Shown: piece by piece, positions 19,906-30,347 of the stretch | Layout: each line of letters starts with the position of its first letter | Numbering within the stretch: the stretch's first letter is position 1 | Origin: an uncultured Actinomycetes bacterium | GTDB taxonomy: Bacteria > Actinomycetota > Acidimicrobiia > IMCC26256 > PALSA-610 | Reading direction: 5' to 3' | DNA: 64,000 bases | Assembly: GCA_963716525.1 (NCBI GenBank) | Contig: OY970315.1 | Coordinates: 3,612,578 to 3,676,577 of the forward strand | Notes under the pieces: generated by a model | What the model was told of the DNA's origin: nothing | Databases searched by the model: none | What the model saw: the letters and a program-made list of their open reading frames with translations, nothing else | Translations under genes and position numbers: made by a program

Positions 19906-20159
19906 GCCTCGAAGAAGCCGGCCAGCCCTACGCCTACGCCACCCGGCGTCGACCGACGGCGTAGGAGCCCGCTACAACGCCGAGCGAAATGGCCACGGCT
20001 GCGGCCAAGAGCCGTCACAACAGCTTCCCGCGGGTCGCCAACAGCGCGCCGAACCAAATCGATGGAATTACCGACCGCACAGCATTTCGTCGGACGACAC
20101 TAAACGGGCAGCTGCCGACGGACTTGCTTGGGAGGCCCATTGGGTCGCAACGACCCTTA

Positions 20160-21090
20160 GAGGCTGTCGCGTTTGTTTGTCCTGCGCGTTCAGGGTGTGG
20201 TGAGTCGTCGTAGGAGGAGGCGGCTGTGGGCGGCCCAGACGAATCCTTCGGTAACGGCTGGGTCGCGTTCATAGTCGATTTGTAGGCGCCGGTTATTGAT
20301 GAGCCACGACCAGGTTCGCTCGACGATCCAGCGTTTGGGCAGGACCTTGAACTCGTGGGCGTGGATCCGGTCGACGACTTCGGCCGATACGTGCCGTGCG
20401 CGGCAGTGCCGCAGGAACGTCTGTTTGAAGCCGCCGTCACACCACAGCTTCGCGAGTCGTCGCGACTTCGGTCGGGCCTCGTCGAAGACGTCGATCCCGC
20501 CGGCGTTGTCGCTCGTGCTCGCGGCGACGACGACCACCGCGATCAGCAAGCCGAGCGTGTCGACGATTCCGAACACTTTGCGGCCGGAGATCTTCTTGCC
20601 GGCGTCAAAGCCTCTGCAATCATTGGTCACTGTCGATGCGCCGCGCACGCTACGAGCGTCGATGATCGCGGCCGACGGGTCGGCATCGTGGCCTTCGGCC
20701 TCGCGCACCAGGCCACGGAGGCGACCACACACCCGTTCCCACAGCCCGTCGCGTGACCAGGCCAGGTGGTAGCGGTGCACGGTGTTCCAGTTCGGGTACC
20801 GGTCGGGCAACGCCCGCCACTGGCAGCCCGTCGCAGTCACGTAGAGGATCGCGTCGACGATCTGGCGGTGGGTGTGGAGGCGGGGTCGGCCCATCCGCCC
20901 CGGCGAGCACGGCGAGTCGAACAGATCGGCGATAAGCGCCCACTCGTCATCAGCCAAATCGCCGTGAACAGTCCGCCACGTATTCGTTGTCTTCACGATA
21001 TCAGCATCTATGGAATTGACTATATACCGATCAACGACCCGAACAGCAGCAATTCACGCGTCGACCGGCGCGAACTTTCCGAACAGCCTC
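20160..21090 (-). mobile_element. IS5 family element (IS1031-like), copy 1
   Basis: 931 bp, IR GAGGCTGT/ACAGCCTC, flanked by TTA. Confidence 0.93.
20190..20996 (-). CDS. IS5 family transposase
   Basis: DLADDEW, TGCQWRALP, IIDARSV, FDAGKKISGRK, KRWIVERTWSW. Confidence 0.95.
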   Translation of the reverse strand: MKTTNTWRTVHGDLADDEWALIADLFDSPCSPGRMGRPRLHTHRQIVDAILYVTATGCQWRALPDRYPNWNTVHRYHLAWSRDGLWERVCGRLRGLVREAEGHDADPSAAIIDARSVRGASTVTNDCRGFDAGKKISGRKVFGIVDTLGLLIAVVVVAASTSDNAGGIDVFDEARPKSRRLAKLWCDGGFKQTFLRHCRARHVSAEVVDRIHAHEFKVLPKRWIVERTWSWLINNRRLQIDYERDPAVTEGFVWAAHSRLLLRRLTTP

Positions 21091-21093
21091 TTA

Positions 21094-22024
21094 GAGGCTG
21101 TCGCGTTTGTTTGTCCTGCGCGTTCAGGGTGTGGTGAGTCGTCGTAGGAGGAGGCGGCTGTGGGCGGCCCAGACGAATCCTTCGGTAACGGCTGGGTCGC
21201 GTTCATAGTCGATTTGTAGGCGCCGGTTATTGATGAGCCACGACCAGGTTCGCTCGACGATCCAGCGTTTGGGCAGGACCTTGAACTCGTGGGCGTGGAT
21301 CCGGTCGACGACTTCGGCCGATACGTGCCGTGCGCGGCAGTGCCGCAGGAACGTCTGTTTGAAGCCGCCGTCACACCACAGCTTCGCGAGTCGTCGCGAC
21401 TTCGGTCGGGCCTCGTCGAAGACGTCGATCCCGCCGGCGTTGTCGCTCGTGCTCGCGGCGACGACGACCACCGCGATCAGCAAGCCGAGCGTGTCGACGA
21501 TTCCGAACACTTTGCGGCCGGAGATCTTCTTGCCGGCGTCAAAGCCTCTGCAATCATTGGTCACTGTCGATGCGCCGCGCACGCTACGAGCGTCGATGAT
21601 CGCGGCCGACGGGTCGGCATCGTGGCCTTCGGCCTCGCGCACCAGGCCACGGAGGCGACCACACACCCGTTCCCACAGCCCGTCGCGTGACCAGGCCAGG
21701 TGGTAGCGGTGCACGGTGTTCCAGTTCGGGTACCGGTCGGGCAACGCCCGCCACTGGCAGCCCGTCGCAGTCACGTAGAGGATCGCGTCGACGATCTGGC
21801 GGTGGGTGTGGAGGCGGGGTCGGCCCATCCGCCCCGGCGAGCACGGCGAGTCGAACAGATCGGCGATAAGCGCCCACTCGTCATCAGCCAAATCGCCGTG
21901 AACAGTCCGCCACGTATTCGTTGTCTTCACGATATCAGCATCTATGGAATTGACTATATACCGATCAACGACCCGAACAGCAGCAATTCACGCGTCGACC
22001 GGCGCGAACTTTCCGAACAGCCTC
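21094..22024 (-). mobile_element. IS5 family element, copy 2, in tandem
   Basis: Direct copy offset by 934 bp; shares the central TTA and is followed by TTA. Confidence 0.93.
21124..21930 (-). CDS. IS5 family transposase
   Basis: Protein identical to 20190-20996. Confidence 0.95.
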   Translation of the reverse strand: MKTTNTWRTVHGDLADDEWALIADLFDSPCSPGRMGRPRLHTHRQIVDAILYVTATGCQWRALPDRYPNWNTVHRYHLAWSRDGLWERVCGRLRGLVREAEGHDADPSAAIIDARSVRGASTVTNDCRGFDAGKKISGRKVFGIVDTLGLLIAVVVVAASTSDNAGGIDVFDEARPKSRRLAKLWCDGGFKQTFLRHCRARHVSAEVVDRIHAHEFKVLPKRWIVERTWSWLINNRRLQIDYERDPAVTEGFVWAAHSRLLLRRLTTP

Positions 22025-22029
22025 TTAGG

Positions 22030-22524
22030 TCAGCCTGGAGGCGCATCCAGACGTGGCGGAGCACATGTTGGATACTTCGTATTGAATGTACCATCGCCGA
22101 TCAGCGGTTCGCATCCGCCGTTCAACTGCGCTCGCAAATCTTCAATGTCGAAGTCAGGTCTTTGCGCTGTCGCCAGCGGAACGAATCCATATGCGAACGC
22201 CCGATAACCGACCAACGTCCCGTCGGCAAGCGTGACAGGTATGAGAGTTCGCGCGTTGATCTCGCCCGCCTTTGGGGGGCGCGTCGGGTGAAGACGTTCA
22301 GTATCGACGTAGCCGACAGGATCTCCATCTTGGTGTGCGACGACCGTCTTGCCTGAAACTGGCGGGAAGTCATCGGTCACAAGGGTTGTCGGCGACGTGT
22401 CGCCAGCAGCGTGAACGCGCACCGAATGCACCTTCGGCGACGAAGAGCCTGCGCAGGAGGCACCAAGAACCACCATGCCGACCAGCACTGAGACTCGTCC
22501 CTTTCTCAAAGAGCGTAATATCAC
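22030..22524 (-). CDS. Hypothetical secreted or lipoprotein
   Basis: Basic N-terminus, hydrophobic stretch, then GASCAGSSS. Confidence 0.55.
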   Translation of the reverse strand: MILRSLRKGRVSVLVGMVVLGASCAGSSSPKVHSVRVHAAGDTSPTTLVTDDFPPVSGKTVVAHQDGDPVGYVDTERLHPTRPPKAGEINARTLIPVTLADGTLVGYRAFAYGFVPLATAQRPDFDIEDLRAQLNGGCEPLIGDGTFNTKYPTCAPPRLDAPPG

Positions 22525-22713
22525 CTAGGACTCCTCACGTGAATCATGTGCTGTCCTATTCAATCGCACAAAGCGCTCGATCTGGCCTAACCGGCGACAC
22601 CGTCGGTCGCTGCCTCAGCAGTCGAATCGGATTCGCAATCATTGCCGTATTGGGTCAGCGTTTGGACTACGGCATCAAACGTGCCTGCGGCTGGGTTAGA
22701 GTTATAACTGTGA

Positions 22714-22965
22714 TTACCACCGTTCAGGTCGTAGACTACGTCTGAATCGATCCCTCCTCAGCGTCTGTTCGACCGAGTGCGCTGCATCCTCGACCGCGTT
22801 GACTCCGACGGAGACACTGCCGTCGGGTTCCACAAGATGGATGCGCATGCGACAGCACGGACACCATCGGTAGATCTGAGTTCGGGCATCGAGTAGTTGG
22901 ACCTCGACGCCGTACCCGCAGCCTGGGCAGGTCACATCGACCAGTACATGGTCGATGTCCAACAT
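22714..22965 (-). CDS. Small zinc-ribbon hypothetical protein
   Basis: CPGC...CPCC pair. Confidence 0.5.
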   Translation of the reverse strand: MLDIDHVLVDVTCPGCGYGVEVQLLDARTQIYRWCPCCRMRIHLVEPDGSVSVGVNAVEDAAHSVEQTLRRDRFRRSLRPERW

Positions 22966-23206
22966 CCCGATCACTCAGCGTCGATCTGCTGCGTCGCCAC
23001 CCGACAATCATGCCAGCGGGTTCGGACAGCGGTGCCGGGGAAAGCATCATCGGCGCGGCGCCGGCTGTCGCGGCTCGCAGCCATTACGCGCCATACCGCT
23101 GGAGACGCGGAATCAGGCTGTCGAGCGATCCGGTCGCGACACCTCAGAAGTCGCAACTAGAACCCGAGCGCTGACCTGGGCGAACGTTGTCGAAATGACA
23201 ACGCCA

Positions 23207-23764
23207 GTGGACCTAAAGGGACAGCTTTCAAACCCTGACAAGCCGCTGAAATCCCTTGCCCCACAAGGGTTGCAGGCCACACGAGCCGCGCGCCAAAGTG
23301 CTCGAGCGCGCCCGAAACGGCCGTCCGCGACCGCTGCTCCGCGGCCTAGCGAAGAAACGGGACACTACTCAAACCCCGCGGTTACATCGGCCGGCGAGCA
23401 GCGCGAGCGTCACGACGAGACTCTCCCACCGACCGCGGCACATCGCACCCAGCGCCGACTCCGCGCCGCCGACGTTGACTCCCTCGTCGACGGTTACGAA
23501 ACAGGCGCGACCATCGCAGAACTGGCCACGCGCTTCACCATCAACCGCACCACCGTGATGGCGCACCTCAACCGCCGCAACATGCAACGACGCGGCGCGG
23601 CCAAACTATGGGACGATGAAGTCCTCGCCGCCGCGGCGAGGTCCTACACCAACGGCGACTCCCTCGCCCACATCGCCAGCCAACACGCCGTCGATCCCCA
23701 GACGGTCGCCAACCGCCTCCGCCGAGCGGGCGTCGCGATCAGACCCCGACCTGGCTCGGAATGA
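23207..23764 (+). CDS. Double-HTH protein family A, intact; begins in the att right arm
   Basis: VDLKGQLSNP...YETGATIAELATRFTINRTTVMAHL...YTNGDSLAHIASQHAVDPQTVANRLRRAG. Confidence 0.8.
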   Translation: MDLKGQLSNPDKPLKSLAPQGLQATRAARQSARARPKRPSATAAPRPSEETGHYSNPAVTSAGEQRERHDETLPPTAAHRTQRRLRAADVDSLVDGYETGATIAELATRFTINRTTVMAHLNRRNMQRRGAAKLWDDEVLAAAARSYTNGDSLAHIASQHAVDPQTVANRLRRAGVAIRPRPGSE

Positions 23765-23873
23765 GCAACCCAACCGGCATTCACCACTCGTCAAGGTGCG
23801 ACAGAACTGGCAGATCCGGCGCGGACGTCAACCGCACGCAGCATGAGAGTACTGACGTTCTGCGCAGGACCTC

Positions 23874-23957
23874 GTCCGACAGTCCACTAATGATCGCGAT
23901 ACGTCCACGATCGCGGCTTGCCTGGCGAAGGGTTCGAATAGAAGACGATGGTGCTCG
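23874..23957 (+). repeat. att-like family A left arm with upstream flank
   Basis: TCCGACAGTCC...GTCCACGATC...AAGGGTTCGAATAGAAGACGATGGTGCT, a direct repeat of 49077-49159 and 8895-8960. Confidence 0.75.
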
Positions 23958-23994
23958 TGGTCCCGAGTGCCACGAGGCGGTTGCGATAGGACAC

Positions 23995-24930
23995 TTAGCC
24001 GACCACGGCGGTAGTTGCGTCGCCATCTCGGTCTTTGACCCCGGTGATGGGACGCCAACCGAGGCGGCGCAGCTCCGTAGCTTGCGCCCGGACGAACGCC
24101 CCTGACGTCACCCCGGGGCGAATTTCAGCATCTTCCCTTCCGTGCAGAAACAGAGGCATCGAGAACCGGGGCCGACGTCCAACATCGCTCTCCGTGACCA
24201 CGACTCTGTGAGTCGTGGCGGGATACCAGCCCATCGTCGCGCGCTCCAGCACGGTTCCTGCGTTCACCACGAGCCGCGAGGTCAGTGCGCGGACATCGAT
24301 CCATTCGCCGTTCGTTCCGCGGATCTGGAGCCCTTCGACTGCTGGCGCGGGAAGAACTGTGAGCAGGTCGATGTCGCGATGCGGAAGCGCTCGGACGGCA
24401 CCGGGAACCGATGAGTCACCGAGGCCGAGGTAGCGCTGGATCCGCAGCGTTGTCGTCTGCTCACCCGTCGCCATATCGACGAGCGGCTGGACGAGCCGGC
24501 GCCGGACTGCGGTGGGCATCGCGTAATCCAGCCATCCGAGGAAGACCTGTCCGAGCGAGCGGCCCGCGTGGAACAGACGGAGCGCGGCGTCGGAGACCTC
24601 AGTCGGGCAGGCAGCATCATTCGGGCGAATCTGGAAGAACTCCTTCCGGTCCAGTCGCGGACCGTCTGGTCGCCGCTGCACGGAGTGGCTCGCCGGCACG
24701 TATCCGACGTCCCGCTCTGGCTGCACATAGTCGAACTTGCGGTCACTGGCGAAGAAGTCCGTCCATTCGCGGACGACATGGTCGATCAAGGAACCGTCGA
24801 TCCCGTGGTTGTCTACGAGCACGAAGCCGTAACGGTGCATCGCAGCGGCAAAGTCCTCGGGTGCGGTCGGCGCCTCCGCGTCGACGTTCGCGGCGCGAAG
24901 GTCGTCGACCGGAGCGAACCGGTTCGTCAC
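23995..24930 (-). CDS. 2OG-Fe(II) oxygenase, IPNS-like family
   Basis: GFVLVDNHGI, HRDIDLLT, VNAG, TTHRVV, RFSMPLF. Confidence 0.9.
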   Translation of the reverse strand: MTNRFAPVDDLRAANVDAEAPTAPEDFAAAMHRYGFVLVDNHGIDGSLIDHVVREWTDFFASDRKFDYVQPERDVGYVPASHSVQRRPDGPRLDRKEFFQIRPNDAACPTEVSDAALRLFHAGRSLGQVFLGWLDYAMPTAVRRRLVQPLVDMATGEQTTTLRIQRYLGLGDSSVPGAVRALPHRDIDLLTVLPAPAVEGLQIRGTNGEWIDVRALTSRLVVNAGTVLERATMGWYPATTHRVVVTESDVGRRPRFSMPLFLHGREDAEIRPGVTSGAFVRAQATELRRLGWRPITGVKDRDGDATTAVVG

Positions 24931-25667
24931 GGGGCCGTCGATTCCGCTGCTGGCTCGCCAGCTACAAGCCGGCCTGCGCGCTCGACGTCGGCGGCCCGGT
25001 TCACGTTGACGTTCCACCGCACGTCGACCGCCTCGACCAAGCGACCGGCACCAACCCATCTATTGAACGGCGCCGCCATGACGTCTTCCACGCCACAACC
25101 GTACGACAGAATGTCATTTGCGGCGGCCGCTGAGAGACCGTAAATCGCGCATCCTCGCCATCCTGGGGCCGGGTCCACCGGCTTCTCCTCCACGGCGACG
25201 ATCCATCGACCCAAGACTGTCACCGCGGACGCGTCGGCAAGGGCAGCGGGATCGCACTCCCATACCACTGCTTGGGTCGCCCACACCCCATGCGCGCAAA
25301 CTGGGTTGATCACCCGCGTCGCCTCGTCGGCCGGCGTCACGTCATCGCCAAAGATGACCAGCACCGGATCGGCCAGCGGCTTCACATACTCGAGCAGGAT
25401 CTGGATCGTCCGACCCTGGCCTAAGCCCGGCTCGCACGCGAGCCACCGGATCCCGTCGATCGGCCGCGTTGCGTGGGCGAAGTCGGTCGTTCGCCCCGAC
25501 GGGATAGCGACTGTGATCGCCGTTGTCACCGCGGCCGCGAAACCTATCGAGCGATCCAGGACAACACCGTCGCCAAGTGGGAACAGGGGCTTGCACGCGC
25601 CGCCAAGCCGCGTGGCCTTGCCCGCTGCCGGGATCACAGCCTTCACCCGTGACCAGTCGCTGCTCAT
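24927..25667 (-). CDS. Sugar-phosphate nucleotidyltransferase
   Basis: AVIPAAGKATRL...KPL, VIFGDD, VEEKP. Confidence 0.85.
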   Translation of the reverse strand: MSSDWSRVKAVIPAAGKATRLGGACKPLFPLGDGVVLDRSIGFAAAVTTAITVAIPSGRTTDFAHATRPIDGIRWLACEPGLGQGRTIQILLEYVKPLADPVLVIFGDDVTPADEATRVINPVCAHGVWATQAVVWECDPAALADASAVTVLGRWIVAVEEKPVDPAPGWRGCAIYGLSAAAANDILSYGCGVEDVMAAPFNRWVGAGRLVEAVDVRWNVNVNRAADVERAGRLVAGEPAAESTAP

Positions 25668-26669
25668 GTGCCATCCCACTCCAGAAGCTCTCCGCGGAGG
25701 TCCACGTAACCGAAGCCCGGGTTCCGGGCAGCGGCGCGTCGCACGATCCGCTTCCCTCGTGCAGGTAACAGCTCGGCGATCCGGCGACTAAGCGGAAAGC
25801 GGTTGTCGCGGCAACGCGCTGCTCAAGTACCGGAGATCCCATGCAGTCGCTCGGATGTGACGTGATCTCGAAGTTGTCGTAGCGCTGCTGTCGGTACTCC
25901 GTTGGCCACCCGACTGGCGAGTTCGTCGAGCCGTCGCCGAACCCAATGTTCGTGACGAGGTTCCGAGCAGGGATAATCGACACGTGGCCAGCTGCAAGGA
26001 GATCGAAGTGCAGCGCGAGGTCCCACGACGTGATGGAGCCGCGCCGGATCCGCCGCCAATACTGCCGCATCAGGTGGTAGTACCGGGTGTCCATGCGAGA
26101 GCGCACCTGACGCCGGACCGTGATGTCATCCCATGCCGGGATAGACGAGTCGAATGGAAGCCATTTGTGTCGCCAGCTAGCCCAACCCCAGATGTACGGG
26201 GTCGTCGAGAAAAAGTAGCTATTCGCAAGGTCGACTCGACCGAGCGGGTTATGCCCCGCGACAAATCTCACCTGAGGTTCAGCGTCGTACCGCTCGAGGA
26301 GCTGGCTCGCGAACCGGTAGAAGGCCGACCCGATTACGCAGTCGTCCTCCAAAATAATGCCGCGGGGCTCGTGCTCGAAGAACCATCCGATTGCTGACTC
26401 GGTCGCCTTTGAGAATCCCAGATTGGCAGGCTGTGACAGCCAACGAACCTCGTCGGTCCAGTCGATGCTTTCGACGAGCGCGGCGAACGAGCGCGGCATC
26501 GTCGAGCGTCAGTCGGAAAAGCCGCCCGCGGCGCGTCTTGAGCGACGTACACGCGCTGCGGACGGCTGGAACGAAGGCCATGGAGAACGGGCCGGAGCGT
26601 CTCGGGTCGGTTGAACACGACGAGGAGAACAGCGAGCTGCCCGCCGGCGCCGGAGACCAGCCCGTCCAT
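25664..26669 (-). CDS. GT-A fold glycosyltransferase-like protein, frameshifted, 3' end uncertain
   Basis: LVVFNRPE...YVAQDAPR, NLG...AIGWFFEHE.GIILEDDC, IWGWASWR, PARNLVTNIGFG. Confidence 0.8.
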
Positions 26670-27468
26670 CAGAAGCCCGGGCCGGCTGTGAGCCGCTCGG
26701 TTGGTAGCTCGGCACCCAATACGCGGATCAGCACGTCGCGGACGTGCTCGAGATTTTGCTCCATGACGGCCATCACCTCCGAGTGTGAGACCGGGCGGTC
26801 GCGGCACCCCGGGCACACCGGTGTCGTAGTCGGTAACGAGCGCGATCGCCGCGTAGCGCAGCCCGGCTTCGCGCGCCAGCACGGCCTCAGGCGATTGGGT
26901 CATGTTGACCACCGTCCAGCCCATCGATGCGAACCACGCGGGATTCGGCACGTGTCGAGAACCTGGGGCCGTTGACGGTCACGACGGTTCCCCCGTCGTG
27001 CACCACTACGCCCGCCTCGCGGCACGCATCGACGGCGTGCCGTCGGAGGTGTGTGTCGTAGGGATCGGCGAAAGTTGCGTGAAAGGTGTGCGGGCCTTCG
27101 AAGAAGGTTCTCTCCCGAGCCAACGTTTGATCTATGAGCTGGTCCGGGATCACGAAGTGACCGGGTTCCACCGATGCCTGGAGGGATCCCGACGCGCACG
27201 GCGCGAACACCGATGTGACGCCGAGCGTGTGCAACGCCCAGATGTTCGCCCGGTACGGAACCCTATGAGGCGGAAATTCGTGATCGGCGCCGTGGCGGGG
27301 CACGAACGCCACAGCACGATTACCGACGTGGCCGACGCTGATCGGCGCCGAGGCCGAACCCCATGGCGTGTCCACGATGACCTCGGTCGAGTCGTCGAAG
27401 AACCGGTACAGGCCGGATCCGCCGACGACGCCGACCTCAGCCCGCATTGTCGGCGCAGGGATCGTCAT
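26669..27468 (-). CDS. mtnP: 5'-methylthioadenosine phosphorylase family, frameshifted
   Basis: GVVGGSG, PRHG...YRANIWAL, GPRFSTRAES, VNMT.SPEAVLAREAG, VTDYD. Confidence 0.88.
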
Positions 27469-28082
27469 GGGCCGCCCCCCAGGAGGGTTCCTTCCCCCGA
27501 TGTCCAGCGCCACTGCAGGGCGACTCGCGCTCCGAGGGGTCGGTCGACCTTCGGCACGGCGTGCTCCCAGTCGGCTTGGGCGTGCCCGCCCATGACTACG
27601 AGGTCGCCTGCAGAGGGGGCGATGTCGTGCGTGAGAAAGTCTGGCTTGATGTGTTCTCGCGGGCGTACGTGCCACGGTCGCATGGCTCCAAGCGAAAGAA
27701 CGCCAACGAGTGTCGCGTCGAGCCAGTGCAGTTCGCGGTCGCGATGGAATCCGACGTTGTCGCGCCCGTCGCGGTACAAAGTAAAGGAGATCCCGCCGAA
27801 GCGGATCCCGTATTGGAGCTCGAGCGCATTGTGTAACTCGGGGACGATGGGATGCGGCGGCTCTTGGCCCAGGGACCATCCGCCGGCCAACCTCGGTTCT
27901 TCGACGTAGCGGTCGAGTCGCCACATCCGGCCCTGCCGCCACGAAACCCGCTCGACGAGCGCGCCGAACAGCTCGGAGGCCATCTCCGACCCGATCCAAG
28001 CTCGCCGAATATCGATCCAGGAACTCTCATCAAGAGCGTGGCGATGCACTAGCTGGGCGTTGAGAGTCTGTGGATGCACCAC
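27465..28082 (-). CDS. AlkB family 2OG-dependent dioxygenase
   Basis: LYRDGRDNVGFHRD, LSLGAMR, GDLVVMGG, WEHAVPK, RVALQWR. Confidence 0.88.
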   Translation of the reverse strand: MVHPQTLNAQLVHRHALDESSWIDIRRAWIGSEMASELFGALVERVSWRQGRMWRLDRYVEEPRLAGGWSLGQEPPHPIVPELHNALELQYGIRFGGISFTLYRDGRDNVGFHRDRELHWLDATLVGVLSLGAMRPWHVRPREHIKPDFLTHDIAPSAGDLVVMGGHAQADWEHAVPKVDRPLGARVALQWRWTSGEGTLLGGGP

Positions 28083-28112
28083 ATCGCGACCCTACCGTGT
28101 GCCTCGTTCCGG

Positions 28113-29129
28113 CTAGCCGAGCAGTGCGACGACATGCTGCAGCTCGAGCGTGGATCGGATACCCGTTCGAGCAGCGCACACCGACGGGATCGCGTTCACG
28201 GCGCGGTTCGCGGCGTGGCGATCCGGAAGTCCGGGTGGGCGCGTTGCTGCGAGCTCGAGACGAAGAGACGCGTCGCCTTCCACGTCGATCCGCCAGCCGG
28301 GCATCGGAATAGTCCATGACGGCGAGAGGTCGCGGCTGCAGTACCAGGTGGTGCGGAAGCAGAGAATGGGTCGTCCGCCGCGTATCCCCGCCGTCGTCAG
28401 GCGCCGCGCCGCAACTCTGCCTGCGACAATCGTTCCGGCCGTGAGCTCGATCGTTCGAGGTGCGACGGCGACCTCCACGCTCGACTCGACGGAGTCCAAT
28501 GGCAGCGACAGCGCGTCAGCCACAAGCTCAAGAGATGGTCCGAACGCGGCTCGCTGGCTAACAAGGTCGCTCCGATGATCATCGGAGGGTCGCTTCCCGA
28601 ACCCCAGAGTATCCAACAGCAGATCGCGCGACCGGCAGTGTGTCATGTCCTGGGCTTCGTCGATGGCCAACCGATCAAATCGTCGCTGCAACGACAGCAG
28701 CGCAAGCGCGAGGGTCTCGCACACGAACCCATTCGTTCCGCCAGTGCTGTGCAATGAGGCATTGCCCTTGTCGCAGGCGGCCTCGACCTGGGCGCGGACC
28801 TCTGGCGCCATGCTCGGCCCGCGTTGTAGTTCGCCGAGGGTCGTCACGACGTTCGCGCCGGACTTCAGGACGCGCACGACGTCCTCGACGTGGAGCCGGC
28901 TGGGCATGTACACGACGCAATCGGCGCCAACACGTAGGATCTCTGCAATATCGCACGTGACGACGACGCCGCGTCCATACGCGGTTCGAACCTCGCGGGT
29001 CGACCGGTCTGTGCTCGGGTCAGCCTCAATGAAGATCCCCGCAAGGTCCAAGGCCGGGTGCTCGGTCACGGCCCGCAGCGCCTCCGATCCGATGTCTTTG
29101 ATCCCCCACTGCACCACTCGAAGATTCAT
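28113..29129 (-). CDS. DapB-like / NAD(P)H-dependent amine dehydrogenase family protein
   Basis: LRVVQWG..IG, ADCVVYMP, GANVVTT, SLHSTG, ANRAVNAIPSVCAA. Confidence 0.8.
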   Translation of the reverse strand: MNLRVVQWGIKDIGSEALRAVTEHPALDLAGIFIEADPSTDRSTREVRTAYGRGVVVTCDIAEILRVGADCVVYMPSRLHVEDVVRVLKSGANVVTTLGELQRGPSMAPEVRAQVEAACDKGNASLHSTGGTNGFVCETLALALLSLQRRFDRLAIDEAQDMTHCRSRDLLLDTLGFGKRPSDDHRSDLVSQRAAFGPSLELVADALSLPLDSVESSVEVAVAPRTIELTAGTIVAGRVAARRLTTAGIRGGRPILCFRTTWYCSRDLSPSWTIPMPGWRIDVEGDASLRLELAATRPPGLPDRHAANRAVNAIPSVCAARTGIRSTLELQHVVALLG

Positions 29130-29315
29130 GGCTTGTCTCAATTCTTCAGGTATGTCTGGCGGCGCGCCCATAGCATTCTGCGTCAACGCGCTTCGGTCCA
29201 AGTATTCGTCTCGCAACCGACTCCATGGGGAGCAGGGCAGATGCGGATGGCGACAATCGACGAGCGACGACGGTGGGGCACTACCCAGAGAGGAGCGCGT
29301 GCAGTGCGGGATCAG

Positions 29316-30044
29316 ATGAAGGTTGACCCAGACCGCACTGATGAGGTACACGATCTGCGTTCCCACGTCGACCCCTGCCTGTGTCGCGTCACACCGGTCG
29401 CTCGCTTCGAGCCGACGGTGGCACAAGCAGTGGTCGACGTCCTGGCATCGGTAGTGCGCCGCGCCCACGACGCACGGGCAGCAATGTCACCCGACCGGGA
29501 CGGGATCGTGCGTGCGCAGGTGTTCGAGGAGGGCGACGTCTACATGCTCGCTGCACCGTTCGACGGCTACTTCGCCAATCGCTACCTAATGGATTTCTAC
29601 GACGTCGTCGAGCGAGACGTCTGCTCCCGAATGCACCTTCACACCGGGCTCCGATTCGTGCGCATCATGACAGGCGTGGCTACGACGGTTCGTGTGTCGA
29701 GCCTGTCGCCGTTTGACATCGTCGATGTCCCGGGCGTCACGCACTTCACCCTGGAACGATTTGTCGATACGATGCCCGATGTCACTGCCGGAACGCCGGT
29801 CCCGCGGCACAATTTCTTGGCTCCAGAGAACTCGTGGGTCGATATGCAGGTGCCCCGAGGCGTGTCGCATCAGTTCAATGCGATCGGCCCGAATGCGGTG
29901 ATCGACTCCGTGCACCCGGAGGAGTCAATCGAGACTGTCCGCGAGCGAATGTCGGGTTACCGCATGACCGCACAGACCATCTTCCTCGCGGCGCAGCGCT
30001 CCGACGCGAGCACCTGTCAGCCGCTCCCACGCACCGAGACGTGA
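29316..30044 (+). CDS. Hypothetical cupin-fold protein
   Basis: RMHLHTG...DMQVPRGVSHQF cupin-like His motifs; first gene of a coupled operon. Confidence 0.6.
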   Translation: MKVDPDRTDEVHDLRSHVDPCLCRVTPVARFEPTVAQAVVDVLASVVRRAHDARAAMSPDRDGIVRAQVFEEGDVYMLAAPFDGYFANRYLMDFYDVVERDVCSRMHLHTGLRFVRIMTGVATTVRVSSLSPFDIVDVPGVTHFTLERFVDTMPDVTAGTPVPRHNFLAPENSWVDMQVPRGVSHQFNAIGPNAVIDSVHPEESIETVRERMSGYRMTAQTIFLAAQRSDASTCQPLPRTET

Positions 30045-30310
30045 CCAACGACGAGCCCGTGCGTGTCCGGGTCCTGCGCGTCGCAACGGATGTCGTCGAG
30101 CAAGCTACCGGCTCCGCTCCGAGTTCCCCCGACGCGGTGGACGGGGCGCTGTGCGAGCTCAGTTCGTTGGACTTGGTCGCGCTTGTGGTTGCAATCGAGG
30201 ACGAATTCGCCGTCGAGTTACCGATCGAGAGTCTCGTGCGAGAGCAACTAACGACGCTCGAGGCCCTCGAGGGCCTGATCAAGCGCGCAGTCGCGGGCGG
30301 TCGCTCGTGA
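30041..30310 (+). CDS. Acyl/peptidyl carrier protein
   Basis: LSSLDLVALVVAIEDEFAVEL. Confidence 0.85.
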   Translation: MTNDEPVRVRVLRVATDVVEQATGSAPSSPDAVDGALCELSSLDLVALVVAIEDEFAVELPIESLVREQLTTLEALEGLIKRAVAGGRS

Positions 30311-30347
30311 AGCGCGTGGTTACTTCGCGGTCACGCCAGAGGCTGAA

